Assembly: GCA_963810935.1 (NCBI GenBank)
Contig: CAWEPK010000009.1
Location: forward strand, 192,001-256,000
DNA length: 64,000 nt
Direction: 5' to 3'
Origin: an uncultured delta proteobacterium
GTDB taxonomy: Bacteria; Desulfobacterota; Syntrophorhabdia; Syntrophorhabdales; WCHB1-27
In this document: one piece after another, positions 55,326 to 64,000 of the stretch
How positions within the stretch are numbered: the first letter of the stretch is position 1
Layout: every line of letters begins with the position of its first letter
Notes under the pieces: model-generated
What the model was told of the DNA's origin: nothing
Databases searched by the model: none
What the model saw: the letters and a program-made list of their open reading frames with translations, nothing else
Program-made: the position numbers and the translations under genes

Positions 55326-55428
55326 GGGAGCGGGCATATCCTCCACCCGCGACGCCTTTGCTTTATAGAGCGGGCATGCTTTCACCCGCTCCGCCTTTAC
55401 TTTTTGGAGCGGGCACGTTTTCACCCGC
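55326..55428 (-). repeat. Three ~40-nt tandem repeats, each a GCGGG/CCCGC hairpin ending like the tRNA-Gly 3' end
   Basis: Minus-strand units GCGGGTGAAAACGTGCCCGCTCCA, GCGGGTGAAAGCATGCCCGCTCTA, GCGGGTGGAGGATATGCCCGCTCCC. Confidence 0.85.
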
Positions 55429-55446
55429 GACGCCCCAACGTTGTTA

Positions 55447-55523
55447 TGGAGCGGGAAACGGGATTCGAACCCGCGACCCTCAGCTTGGAAGGCTGACGCT
55501 CTGGCCAGCTGAGCTATTCCCGC
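55447..55523 (-). tRNA. tRNA-Gly (TCC)
   Basis: GCGGGAA...CT-TCC-AA...GGTTCGAATCC...TTCCCGCTCCA. Confidence 0.96.
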
Positions 55524-55676
55524 CAGTCGAAACAATAAAGAGCTAACGAATCGAGCCATCACCCTATCACGACCAGCCGTTGATGGGATTCTCGACCTCG
55601 CAACCCTTAGCAATCTCAAAAGAGGCGAGGCGCTCCCCTTCAAAGAGCTCTCGCCTTCCACCTGTCACAATCTTTA

Positions 55677-55761
55677 TGGTGGAGAGGGGAGGATTCGAAC
55701 CTCCGAAGTCTGAGACAACAGATTTACAGTCTGCCCCCTTTGGCCGCTCGGGAACCTCTCC
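55677..55761 (-). tRNA. tRNA-Tyr (GTA)
   Basis: GGAGAGG...CT-GTA-AA, long variable arm, ...CCTCTCCACCA. Confidence 0.95.
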
Positions 55762-55766
55762 CCAAG

Positions 55767-55839
55767 AGCTGGTGATGGGACTCGAACCCGCAACCTGCTG
55801 ATTACAAATCAGCTGCTCTGCCTGTTGAGCTACACCAGC
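55767..55839 (-). tRNA. tRNA-Thr (TGT)
   Basis: GCTGGTG...TT-TGT-AA...GGTTCGAGTCC...CACCAGCT. Confidence 0.95.
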
Positions 55840-55854
55840 TTTACATGAACCAGT

Positions 55855-55884
55855 ATTATAATATACGACGTTGGGCAAAATCAA
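55855..55884 (-). promoter_or_regulatory. Putative sigma70 promoter of the tRNA-tuf operon
   Basis: TTGATT-18 nt-TATAAT just upstream of tRNA-Thr. Confidence 0.6.
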
Positions 55885-56012
55885 CACAGATTATCCGAAG
55901 ATTATCTCTTGCATAGAGACGAAGAGAAAACTCCTGCACTAGTATATATCAGAATCCTTGCAAATGGAAGTGTTATCTGCGGGCCGGACCCCCGTTTTCC
56001 CCCCATAAAGGG

Positions 56013-56204
56013 TTGCAAAAAGGCCGAATTTGGTGTATACTAATAGTTGGAAGCCCTGTGTTGGTCGGCGCGCCTTTAATGTCTGTACTCTTTTTCATCC
56101 ACATAAAAGAAAAATCGCTGGACAAGCGGCGCAGTCGATGGATACAATTGGAAAAGCGGCAACAGAGGGCGCAAGGTTGACAAACAACGAATGCGTGCTA
56201 TATT
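56013..56204 (+). promoter_or_regulatory. Two putative sigma70 promoters for rpoD
   Basis: TTGCAA-17-TATACT (56013-56041) and TTGACA-16-TATATT with extended TG (56177-56204). Confidence 0.55.
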
Positions 56205-56286
56205 GTAAAAAAGTTTATGGGTAATAATGCGTTTAAAATGCCCTTGATTCACATAAAGGGCATTTTTTGCACCCGGAGCGAGATCG

Positions 56287-57801
56287 ATGAGCATAAAAAA
56301 CTTTGACCAGATAAAGACATTGATCGACATAGGCATGGAGAAGGGTTATCTCACGCCCGACGAGATAAACGACTTCCTGCCGCAGAATATATTCTCGCCT
56401 GAAGACATCGAGGATATATTCGACTTCCTTTCGGAGTCGAATATAGACGTCGTAGAAACGATCAAGGACAAGATAGAGACCACCGAGGAGGAGCAGCGTG
56501 AATGGGAGGAGCCGGAGCGCTTTCCCACCGAGAAGACGGATAACATCATTTGGGCCTACCTTAAAGATATAGGCAGGATATCTCTTCTGTCCTCCGAAGA
56601 GGAATACGACATCGCGAAGAAGATCGAGGAGGGCGAGAGAAGGATCAGGAGCCTCCTGTTCGAGATGCCCCAGGCCATAGCCGAGCTTCAGGAACTTTCC
56701 TCCCAAATAAAAAAGGAGGCGGTCAGCATCATCGATATCGTGAAGAATATCGATGAGATGAACTTCACCAAGAAGGACGAGGAGCAGTACCGGAAGAAGA
56801 CGGTCACCCTGGCGAACAGCCTCAAGAACCTTTATGAGAAAAAGATTGAGATCAAGAAGCAAAAACAGGCCCGTGACGAATTCACGAGAAAACAGACCCA
56901 GAAAAAGCTAATCACACTGGGGAATAAGATAGAAGAGACGCTTGCGGCCCTCAACCTCCAAAAGAAGGTCCTGGAAGAGATCACGCGGAAGGTGGAGAAA
57001 CGCGTGAGGTTCCTGGACGAGAAAGAGGCCCGGTCGGTCCAGACGTCCTTACGCGAGATGGACGTTGTCGAAAGGGACCTGAAGATCGTTAAGAACCGGC
57101 TGATCAAAGCAAACCTCAGGCTCGTCATAAATATAGCCAAAAAGTACCTGAACAGGGGCCTTTCCTTCCTCGACCTGATACAAGAGGGCAACATGGGCCT
57201 CATGAAGGCCGCCGAAAAGTACGATTACCAGAAGGGGTACAAGTTTTCCACTTACTCTACCTGGTGGATCAGGCAGGCTATAACGAGGGCCATCGCCGAC
57301 TACGCGCGGACGATCAGGGTGCCGGTCCACGTCCTCGAGACGATGAATAAGATAACGAAGGTGACGATATCGCTTTACCAGGAGCTTGGCCGCGAGCCCA
57401 CCCTGGAGGAGATATCGGCCAAGGCCGCCCTGCCGCTCGAAAAGGTCAGGAAGATAATGAAGGTCTCCAACGAACCGATATCGATAGAGACGCCTATCGG
57501 GGACGACGACTCCAAGCTGGGCGACTTCATCGCAGACCCGAAATCGCCCTCGCCTTTCGAGGAGCTGGTCAATATCTCCTGCAAAGAGGAAATCGACAAG
57601 GTTCTCTCGACCCTTACCCCCAGGGAGGAGAAGGTCATACGTATGAGGCTGGGGATAGGCGAGAAGACGGACTATACACTCGAAGAGGTGGGCGACGTGT
57701 TCGGCCTCACCAGGGAGAGGATAAGGCAGATAGAGGCGAAGGCGTTAAGGAAGCTGAAACACCCTTCGAGGAGAAAACGGCTGGAAAGTTTCCTCGAATA
57801 G
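56287..57801 (+). CDS. rpoD: Primary-type sigma70 factor RpoD
   Basis: Region 1.1 (G.EKGYLT..EIND), [46 protein letters not shown]. Confidence 0.93.
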   Translation: MSIKNFDQIKTLIDIGMEKGYLTPDEINDFLPQNIFSPEDIEDIFDFLSESNIDVVETIKDKIETTEEEQREWEEPERFPTEKTDNIIWAYLKDIGRISLLSSEEEYDIAKKIEEGERRIRSLLFEMPQAIAELQELSSQIKKEAVSIIDIVKNIDEMNFTKKDEEQYRKKTVTLANSLKNLYEKKIEIKKQKQARDEFTRKQTQKKLITLGNKIEETLAALNLQKKVLEEITRKVEKRVRFLDEKEARSVQTSLREMDVVERDLKIVKNRLIKANLRLVINIAKKYLNRGLSFLDLIQEGNMGLMKAAEKYDYQKGYKFSTYSTWWIRQAITRAIADYARTIRVPVHVLETMNKITKVTISLYQELGREPTLEEISAKAALPLEKVRKIMKVSNEPISIETPIGDDDSKLGDFIADPKSPSPFEELVNISCKEEIDKVLSTLTPREEKVIRMRLGIGEKTDYTLEEVGDVFGLTRERIRQIEAKALRKLKHPSRRKRLESFLE

Positions 57802-57827
57802 GGGTCAGGCCGTCCGTTTCCCCGCAG

Positions 57828-58298
57828 TTAATCCACGAGATAGTTCTGTAGGGTCTGGTAGCTCTGGAAGTCCGTATCGATCAGGGTTGCCCCGACATTC
57901 GTCTGCCCGTTCGAGCGAACGTGCTTGGCGGTGCACTGGACAGAGAGGGGCTTTTCGCTTTTGGGCAGCGTGAACAAAAGGGAGATCTTCGAATCGTCGC
58001 CCTCTTCCTGCCTGAAATTATTGGGGACTGAGAAATTGATCCCTCCCAGGGACAGGTCGTTCACCATGCCAGCGTGCACGGTGCCATCGACGCTCGTGAC
58101 CAGCGCGGGGGCCGAGATTTTTTTCCTGGGAAAACGCCGTTTTTCTTCCTCTGTCCTGGCGGGCCGCTTCTTCTCTACGTAGTCATATAGGATGTTCTCT
58201 ATGACGGAAGAGAGAGATCTCCTCTCGGAAGACGACACCTTTTCGATGGCCTTTCTCAGCTCGTCGCTGGTACGGAAACATATAACAGTGTCTCGCAT
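57828..58298 (-). CDS. Ribbon-helix-helix + PilZ domain protein
   Basis: N-terminal VICFRTSDELRKAIEK..ERRSLSSVIENIL (RHH); RRFPR and DLSLGG (PilZ c-di-GMP motifs). Confidence 0.8.
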   Translation of the reverse strand: MRDTVICFRTSDELRKAIEKVSSSERRSLSSVIENILYDYVEKKRPARTEEEKRRFPRKKISAPALVTSVDGTVHAGMVNDLSLGGINFSVPNNFRQEEGDDSKISLLFTLPKSEKPLSVQCTAKHVRSNGQTNVGATLIDTDFQSYQTLQNYLVD

Positions 58299-58433
58299 CC
58301 GTCTGTCTCCTCCCTACAGGATTAAAAGCGACTTCGCTTCCCCGGCATAACAGAAAAAACGGCAAGCACTATAAATTGTAATACGTTGTTTCTGTGGGTT
58401 AGTCAAGAAAATTCTTTCTTCCCCCTACAAATT

Positions 58434-58763
58434 TTACACCTGCCCTGGCTCCCCACTGATGCTGAACAGGTGCCATCGGTCCGGACTGCGGCCTTTTCCC
58501 CGCCGCGGCTGCCTCTCGAAATAGATTTTCATCCTGCCCATCGTTGTCTCCACCTCGAACCAGTGCTTCCGCACGTACCGCTCAAGGCTGCCGTGGCGGC
58601 ATCTGCCCGTTTCGCGCCATACGCCCACTACTCTTTTGATATCCACCGTCCTGCCCTGCCAAACAAATTGGCGGGGCAGCCCAGGAGCCCCGGCCGCCAT
58701 GGCCGTGGTGTCGCAGGTCGAGGTGACGGGCTTTATGGTCTCGCTTACGAGGCGCTCGGCCAT
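58434..58763 (-). CDS. DUF6504-like conserved hypothetical protein
   Basis: PRQFVWQG...W...YVRKHWFEV...W pattern. Confidence 0.6.
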   Translation of the reverse strand: MAERLVSETIKPVTSTCDTTAMAAGAPGLPRQFVWQGRTVDIKRVVGVWRETGRCRHGSLERYVRKHWFEVETTMGRMKIYFERQPRRGKGRSPDRWHLFSISGEPGQV

Positions 58764-58832
58764 ATCCATTGTATATTGTAACACGAAGCTTCCGGCATGT
58801 CCGGCTTGGCGGCCATACATGCCGTCACCCTT

Positions 58833-59117
58833 TTAGCAGGTGCCCATCTCCTGCTGCTTATGGGGGTGCTGATGCACCTCGTGCTGGTGCGCGGGGTGGT
58901 CGTGGTCGTGCGGTCCATGCTCGCCGGTATGGGAATGGGAATGTGCTTCCCCTTCACCATCGTGCTTATGCATGTGCTTATGCTCATGGATGTGCTCGTG
59001 GGCATGCTCATGCTCGTGCTCGTGCGTGTGGACGACCTCTCCGTGCTGGTGCGGGTGGGAATGGACATGCTTGTGCGGGTGCACATGCAGATGGATGTGC
59101 TCGTGTTCTCCTTCCAT
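58833..59117 (-). CDS. Histidine-rich (HX)n putative metal-binding protein, 94 aa
   Basis: AGGAGG RBS before ATG 59117; 35 of 94 residues are His, in alternating HX runs. Confidence 0.75.
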   Translation of the reverse strand: MEGEHEHIHLHVHPHKHVHSHPHQHGEVVHTHEHEHEHAHEHIHEHKHMHKHDGEGEAHSHSHTGEHGPHDHDHPAHQHEVHQHPHKQQEMGTC

Positions 59118-59253
59118 TGTTCTCCTCCTTGGCGGCGAGGTGGCTGGCGCTCTAAACATACAATTCGGTCCGGGCGGCCGCAAAGTCAAGGTCCGTCAAC
59201 AGGCCGGTCGCCCCGCGCTTTTCTTCTAAAGCATTGCCGCCTTAGGCCGGGCC

Positions 59254-59964
59254 GTGGTACCATCTGGCATGGTCAACCCGCCTTCCCCTGAAACGGTAAC
59301 GGAAGGGGTCTATCTCGTCGGAAGCTCCGATTTGACCGACGGCAGGGATTGCTCGGTCTACCTGGTGGACGCGGGCGAATTGGTCCTCATCGACGCTGGG
59401 GCGGGTGTCCGGACCGACAGCATCGTTCGGAATATAGAGCTTCTCGGGCTCGACCCCGCACACATCTCGACCCTCATCCTCACCCATTGCCATATCGACC
59501 ATATAGGCGGCGCCGCGTATCTCAAAGAGCGATTCGGCGTTCGCATCGTCATACACACCCTCGATGCAGCCCCGGTGGAGCAGGCCGATGAGGTGAGAAC
59601 GGGCGCGTCCTGGTACGGCCTGCGCCTTGCCCCGTTGCCCGTCGATGTTAAGCTCGCCGGGGCTGAAGAAAGCCTCACCTTCCGCGACGGCAAGACCCTC
59701 GTCTGCCTCCATACACCGGGGCATACGCCGGGCTCCATCTCGGTATACGGCGACATAAGGGGAAAGAGGGTGCTCTTCGGCCAGGACATACACGGGCCCT
59801 TCCTCCCGGAATTCGGTGCGGACCTCAATGCCTGGCAGCGCTCGATGAAGGCGCTCCTCGATCTGGAGGCCGATATCCTGTGCGAGGGCCATTTCGGCGT
59901 ATACCGGTCAAAAGCGGCAGTCAGGGACTACATAGAGCGTTACCTTGAGGAGTACGGGGACTAA
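59254..59964 (+). CDS. Metallo-beta-lactamase-fold hydrolase
   Basis: LIDAG, THCHIDHIGG, TPGHTPGS, CEGH. Confidence 0.9.
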   Translation: MVPSGMVNPPSPETVTEGVYLVGSSDLTDGRDCSVYLVDAGELVLIDAGAGVRTDSIVRNIELLGLDPAHISTLILTHCHIDHIGGAAYLKERFGVRIVIHTLDAAPVEQADEVRTGASWYGLRLAPLPVDVKLAGAEESLTFRDGKTLVCLHTPGHTPGSISVYGDIRGKRVLFGQDIHGPFLPEFGADLNAWQRSMKALLDLEADILCEGHFGVYRSKAAVRDYIERYLEEYGD

Positions 59965-59967
59965 ACC

Positions 59968-60846
59968 TTAAGAGGCGGGCCCGACTTCCGGCGCAAACGC
60001 AGCGTCGCTGTCCTGCGCCCACAATGCAGCCTGCCTGCGCACCAGCTCGGTAAGGGACGCACCGTTCTTTACCAGCGTTCGCTGCCATTCCGCCTCATTC
60101 CCCTTGAATACGATGTCACGCACGATCCGGCACGCGTCTTCCGCGCCCAGGTCGATGGCGTGGCCTTCCACTTTCTTCAATGTGTCGAGGATGTCCTCGG
60201 CGATGCTCTTTTGCTCCCCCGACTGCGGGTCTGCGATGAGCCCTTCCTTTCCGAAGCGGCAGGCCTGGAAGCGGTTGAAGGTATAAGCGGTGTAAAGGTC
60301 TTCATCCGGCGCAAAGGGTTTTTCCACGATCAGGTACTTGCCCGGGACTTGCAGGTAGATCGCGAGGGCCGCCGCGGTATTCATCTGCAGGGGCGTATCG
60401 CACACGCGAAGCTCGATCGTCCCGTACTCCGGCTTCGGCCGCAGGTCCCAGTAAAAATCCTTCATCGACTCCACTATCCGCCTGGAGTTCATCTTGTCGA
60501 AAAAACTGATGAAATCATCCCAGGTAGTGACGAGCGGCGCCCGGCCCGATAGCGGGAAGGCAAAGACCGAATTGAGGCGGGCCGAATCGAAACCCGTATC
60601 CTGCCCCTGCACGAAGGGCGAGCAGGCGGAAAGCGCAATGAACTGCGGGATGTAGCGCGAGAGCCGGTGCAGCAGCGTCAGGGCCTCGTTTCCGTCCGAG
60701 CAGCCGAGGTGCACGTACTGGCCGAAAACGGTGAATTGCTTGGCCAGGTAGCCGTAGCGTGTGGAAATCTCGTGGAAACGCGGCTTGTCGAAGATCTGCC
60801 GGTCGCTCCACCACTGGAAGGGGTGGGTGCCTCCGCCGCCACGCAA
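59968..60846 (-). pseudogene. ybdK: YbdK-type carboxylate-amine ligase (glutamate-cysteine ligase 2), N-terminally truncated
   Basis: [38 protein letters not shown]; lacks the N-terminal GxExE region. Confidence 0.7.
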
Positions 60847-61117
60847 GGTCGAGGCGCTGGCCGAGCCGGAAAAGGACTATGCCGAGGGCGACGTCTACGG
60901 CCGGCCGCCACAGGCCCGCCATATCGGGCGAGACCCATTTCAGTCCCGGCGCCCCGAATACCATGCCAAGGACGATATATGTGGCAACGCGGGGGATGCG
61001 GCGCGTCCTGAACAGGGCATCGGCAGTCGCGGCGCTGACGAGCAATGCGATGCCGAAAGCAAAAAAGGGGCTGATCGCTGCGGGTACTGCGGGCAAAAAA
61101 TCAAACGTCTGGGGCAA
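60843..61117 (-). pseudogene. N-terminal fragment of a cation:proton antiporter
   Basis: IPRVATYIVLGMVFGAPGL...[16 protein letters not shown] (first TM helices), then abruptly joined to ybdK. Confidence 0.6.
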
Positions 61118-61332
61118 ACAAACACCACAAAGCTGAGTAACTTGACCGAACGCGATAGATCTGCCTTTTTCGGTCCTGCCCAGGCCCGAGTGTGCCACAT
61201 GCGTCGTCCGAAAGTCAAAGGAAAAGAAGCGACGTGACAAAGTCCCGTTATTCAGGCGTCTTACGCACGGTTGACATGGTCGCATTCATACCTATGTTGG
61301 GAATGAAAAGAACACGAGCAAGGAGGTGCGTC

Positions 61333-61506
61333 ATTCTATACTGGGCAATCATATTTCTGGTAATTGCGGTTATAGCTGCGATTTTCGGCTTTGCCGTCAT
61401 TGCCGGGACGGCGGCATGGATCGCAAAGGTGTTGTTTATCGTCTTCCTCATCCTCTTCGTTATCTCCCTTATCTCAGGAAGACGGAGAACACCGCCCGTA
61501 GCCTGA
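61333..61506 (+). CDS. DUF1328/UPF0391 small membrane protein with ATT start codon
   Basis: [50 protein letters not shown] 5 nt before ATT. Confidence 0.8.
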   Translation: MLYWAIIFLVIAVIAAIFGFAVIAGTAAWIAKVLFIVFLILFVISLISGRRRTPPVA

Positions 61507-61541
61507 AGAGGGGATCGTTTCAAGATAGCCTGACAGACAAT

Positions 61542-61574
61542 AAAAAAAACCCGGGGGGAAGACTCACCCCCGGG
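61542..61574 (-). terminator. Intrinsic terminator
   Basis: CCCGGGGG/CCCCCGGG stem followed by a U8 tract on the minus strand. Confidence 0.75.
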
Positions 61575-61601
61575 CAACAATGGCTTTCTAATCTTTGCGC
61601 C

Positions 61602-62600
61602 TTATGCCTCGAACAGCGTGATGATGGGATATTCCTTGATCCGGAGCACCCCGTCCAGGGTCTTGAACTTGTTCCGGATCGTGGTCTCGATCTCGGCGAA
61701 GCTCGTGCCCTGCATTAGGAGCACGATGTTGAACCGGCCGTCCGTATAGTCGCAGTTCACCACCTGGTCGTCGAAGTAGAGGGCCGGATAGACCGACTCG
61801 AGCTTCTCCTTCTCCACTTCCAGCATGACGTAGGACGAGATTCTCATGCGCGCGGCCTGCGCGGAGGCCGCTTCGCTCTCGTTTTTGTCCCTGCCGAGCG
61901 CCTTGTCGACCGTGCCCATGATGTTGATCACGTTGTCGCCAAGTATCGGCGTCTCGACGCCCAGAAGGGATACCTCGCCGACGCCTTCCAACGTCTTGAT
62001 CTCTTTATCGACCAACTCCTTTATCACGTCGGCGGTAGGGGCCTGAAGCAAAAGTACCAGGTCGCAGTCACCCCTCGTCGCGTCGCAATAGAGCACGTTG
62101 GGGTGGAAGTAGAGCGTCCGGTACGTACCGAGCAGGCTTGCGCCGCGGTCTACGGAAACCAGAGCGTACATGCTGACCGACTCCTTCTTGGCCGTTTGCT
62201 CGACGACGGGCGACTCGGGCACGACATCCGATTTCGGCTCCAACTGCTCCAGAAGCTTTGCGAGCTGGTCCATGTCGAAGGGCTTCTTCAGAAAGGCGTC
62301 GGCCGCCTTGGCCTGCTCGGAAACTGCGTCGCTGTCATAGCCGGTGATGATGATGACGGGGAGCTGGGGGTAGTTGACCTTGATGACCTTGAGCAGCTTG
62401 AAGCCGTCTATGTCAGGCAGCCTTATGTCGACGACCGCGCAGCTAAAGGGCATTGCGTTCTTCTGGTACGTCTCCAGGGTGCCGAGGGCCTTCATCCCGT
62501 TCTCGCACGGCTCGGTCTGGTAGCCCTTCTGCATGAGCCCCATGCTGACGCTCCGTCTCAAAGATGCTTCGTCATCGATTAGAAGAACTTTCTTTTCCAT
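61602..62600 (-). CDS. Response regulator: REC + two Lrp/AsnC-like ligand-binding domains
   Basis: LIDDE, VDIRLPD, ITGY, KKPF; two repeats of Y..+.V...LYF...V..CD.T.G..(D/N)+VLL+Q. Confidence 0.8.
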   Translation of the reverse strand: MEKKVLLIDDEASLRRSVSMGLMQKGYQTEPCENGMKALGTLETYQKNAMPFSCAVVDIRLPDIDGFKLLKVIKVNYPQLPVIIITGYDSDAVSEQAKAADAFLKKPFDMDQLAKLLEQLEPKSDVVPESPVVEQTAKKESVSMYALVSVDRGASLLGTYRTLYFHPNVLYCDATRGDCDLVLLLQAPTADVIKELVDKEIKTLEGVGEVSLLGVETPILGDNVINIMGTVDKALGRDKNESEAASAQAARMRISSYVMLEVEKEKLESVYPALYFDDQVVNCDYTDGRFNIVLLMQGTSFAEIETTIRNKFKTLDGVLRIKEYPIITLFEA

Positions 62601-62651
62601 GATATGTCTCCTTTATATTATTTTCTGTGTTATCGATCATGCCTTTGATAT

Positions 62652-62667
62652 AGCAAGAGCGATGCCA
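62652..62667 (-). promoter_or_regulatory. Sigma54 (-24/-12) promoter
   Basis: TGGCAT-CGCTC-TTGCT (GG-N10-GC) about 50 nt upstream of ATG 62600. Confidence 0.75.
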
Positions 62668-62896
62668 CAAACAAAACATCAAGTGTTACATGTAGTTAGC
62701 TGTCAGGAGACATGCCCGGCGGAAACACGGGCGATAAGGAAAGATAGCCCTTTGGCTGAAACCCGCCTATTTGCAAGGGCTTTCGTCACTGTCAATATTC
62801 TTCTCGTTTATCACCTGGACGGATTACCTTGGGAGAGAAGGGTTTGACGCTATCAAGAAATTTTATAGCAAGAAGGTATACAAAAAGAAGAAACTT

Positions 62897-63068
62897 GCCC
62901 GGATAGGGGGCGCTGAACCCCAATGATTGTCAAAGCGAGCGAATGCGAAGCGCCGAGGGGAGGCTCCATGCGGCTTCGCCGCTGGAGGGGGTGCTGAACC
63001 CCAATAGTTGCAGCGCCGAGCGGGAAGCCTCGCCGGGCTTTGCCCGGCGAGGGTGCTGAACCCCAATA
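62897..63068 (-). repeat. REP-like intergenic repeat, locus 4 (three units)
   Basis: Three ATTGGGGTTCAGC(A/G)CCC units, with GCAAAGC/GCGAAGC-capped stems and CGCTTCGCATTCGCTCGCTTT. Confidence 0.85.
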
Positions 63069-63075
63069 ACTGCCC

Positions 63076-63669
63076 TCAGTGGGTGATTGCCGAATTCGCG
63101 CCTGCGCCGTATTTAATCGCGAACCAGCCGTTTCCTGCCGTACGGTATTGGTCCATGTCGCTTTCATAGATCGTTATCTTATCGTCCACAATCCGCTGAA
63201 GCGCCGTAAGGTCTACGCGGCCCGAGCGCCACATCGCCCGCACCTCCCGCACGTTCTGAGACGCATACTCCTTTTCATAGGCCGAGATAAAATCGCCGAG
63301 CGCCGCCAGGCCCTCCTTCTCCTTGCCCTGTTTCAGGAGAATCAAGGCTTTGTAGCCGAGTATTCGGATATAAGAATCGCCCTGCTTGAGTTTCGCCGCG
63401 TCCTGAACGTAACGGAACGCGCCCTCTACGTCGTCGAGATTAAAACTCGCGGTGGCCGCAAAGGCGCAAGGCTCCGATTCTGTGGGCATCGATTTGGCCG
63501 CCTTAACGAATTCGTCCAGCGATTGCTTATAGTCTCCGTCGCTGAGCAACTTCTTCCCGTTCCACATGTCGGAGCGGTATGATCCGTACTGCTTCACCTG
63601 CTGCACTTGGGAGCAGCCGAGAAGACCCAGGACAAGCACCAAAAAACATGACAGGAACACCTTTCTCAT
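63076..63669 (-). CDS. TPR-like lipoprotein
   Basis: MRK plus hydrophobic leader, LLGC lipobox, helical TPR-like repeats. Confidence 0.7.
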   Translation of the reverse strand: MRKVFLSCFLVLVLGLLGCSQVQQVKQYGSYRSDMWNGKKLLSDGDYKQSLDEFVKAAKSMPTESEPCAFAATASFNLDDVEGAFRYVQDAAKLKQGDSYIRILGYKALILLKQGKEKEGLAALGDFISAYEKEYASQNVREVRAMWRSGRVDLTALQRIVDDKITIYESDMDQYRTAGNGWFAIKYGAGANSAITH

Positions 63670-63822
63670 TTCGATGACCTCCATCGTTAATCACTGCTGT
63701 TTTTGACAATCATATGCAAACTCGTAAAACTTTCAGACCATTACCGGCTTTTCCGCCCGGTTCCAATACCATCTACACTATAGTCGCTTCGGCCGCCGTA
63801 AAGGTTACAAAAAAACGCGGCA

Positions 63823-63999
63823 TCAAACGACAGGGCTCCAGGACACCGGTACATCCCTGTAGCCGGTGGGCGTCCTTTCGACATGGGCAACGGACGGGAA
63901 AGGATAGTGGAAGCCCTGGACCAGCATCTTATCGGCTGCGAGCATATCGTAAACCTTGCGGCGCACAGCCTCTGCCTGCACCGGATCGTGATCGACGAA
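63823..63999 (-). CDS. C-terminal part of an MBL-fold hydrolase (runs off the window end)
   Basis: Manual translation ...DHDPVQAEAVRRKVYDMLAADKMLVQGFHYPFPSVAHV...W.PVV-stop. Confidence 0.7.
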   Translation of the reverse strand, partial: FVDHDPVQAEAVRRKVYDMLAADKMLVQGFHYPFPSVAHVERTPTGYRDVPVSWSPVV

Positions 64000-64000
64000 G

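Noticed and set aside
55326..55446. Short regularly spaced repeats as a CRISPR array (also 62897-63068)
   Set aside because: Repeats are degenerate, spacers are short and similar to each other, and there are no cas genes.
58797..59291. Hydrophobic Met/Val/Leu-rich plus-strand membrane protein
   Set aside because: Expected antisense reading of CAY-rich His codons; the minus-strand ORF has the strong RBS.

Overview
A ~60% GC bacterial chromosomal segment whose gene content and order resemble Desulfobacterota (Deltaproteobacteria), possibly Syntrophorhabdaceae-like; this taxonomy is inferred, not searched. Mostly core genes: a PPIase, mfd, selD, thiL, the yceD-rpmF-plsX-fab-rpiB-glyA-nrdR-rib-nusB superoperon, glgB, kdp, tolB-pal-cpoB, the tRNA-tuf-rpmG-secE-nusG-rplKAJL-rpoBC cluster and rpoD. 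Best candidate for an undescribed system: a tightly spaced three-gene operon at 22678-27426 encoding (1) a Bell/HeLo-like helical domain + two tandem HTH + EEP phosphoesterase, (2) an atypical Fic enzyme with a possible glycogen-binding C-terminal module, and (3) a two-HKD phospholipase-D/nuclease. It converges on a 24-aa membrane peptide ORF and glgB. Other oddities: an acyl-CoA dehydrogenase where fabH normally sits; KdpD split into two partly redundant genes flanking kdpABC; KdpC fused to a HEXXH metallopeptidase; a UGA/Sec SelD; tRNA-Gly acceptor-stem minihelix repeats; a dispersed REP-like family; an RHH-PilZ regulator; a (HX)n His-rich protein; an ATT-start gene. Single-base insertions in thiL, yceD and rpoB are most likely assembly errors. 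Family assignments come from motif recognition by eye; no searches were run.
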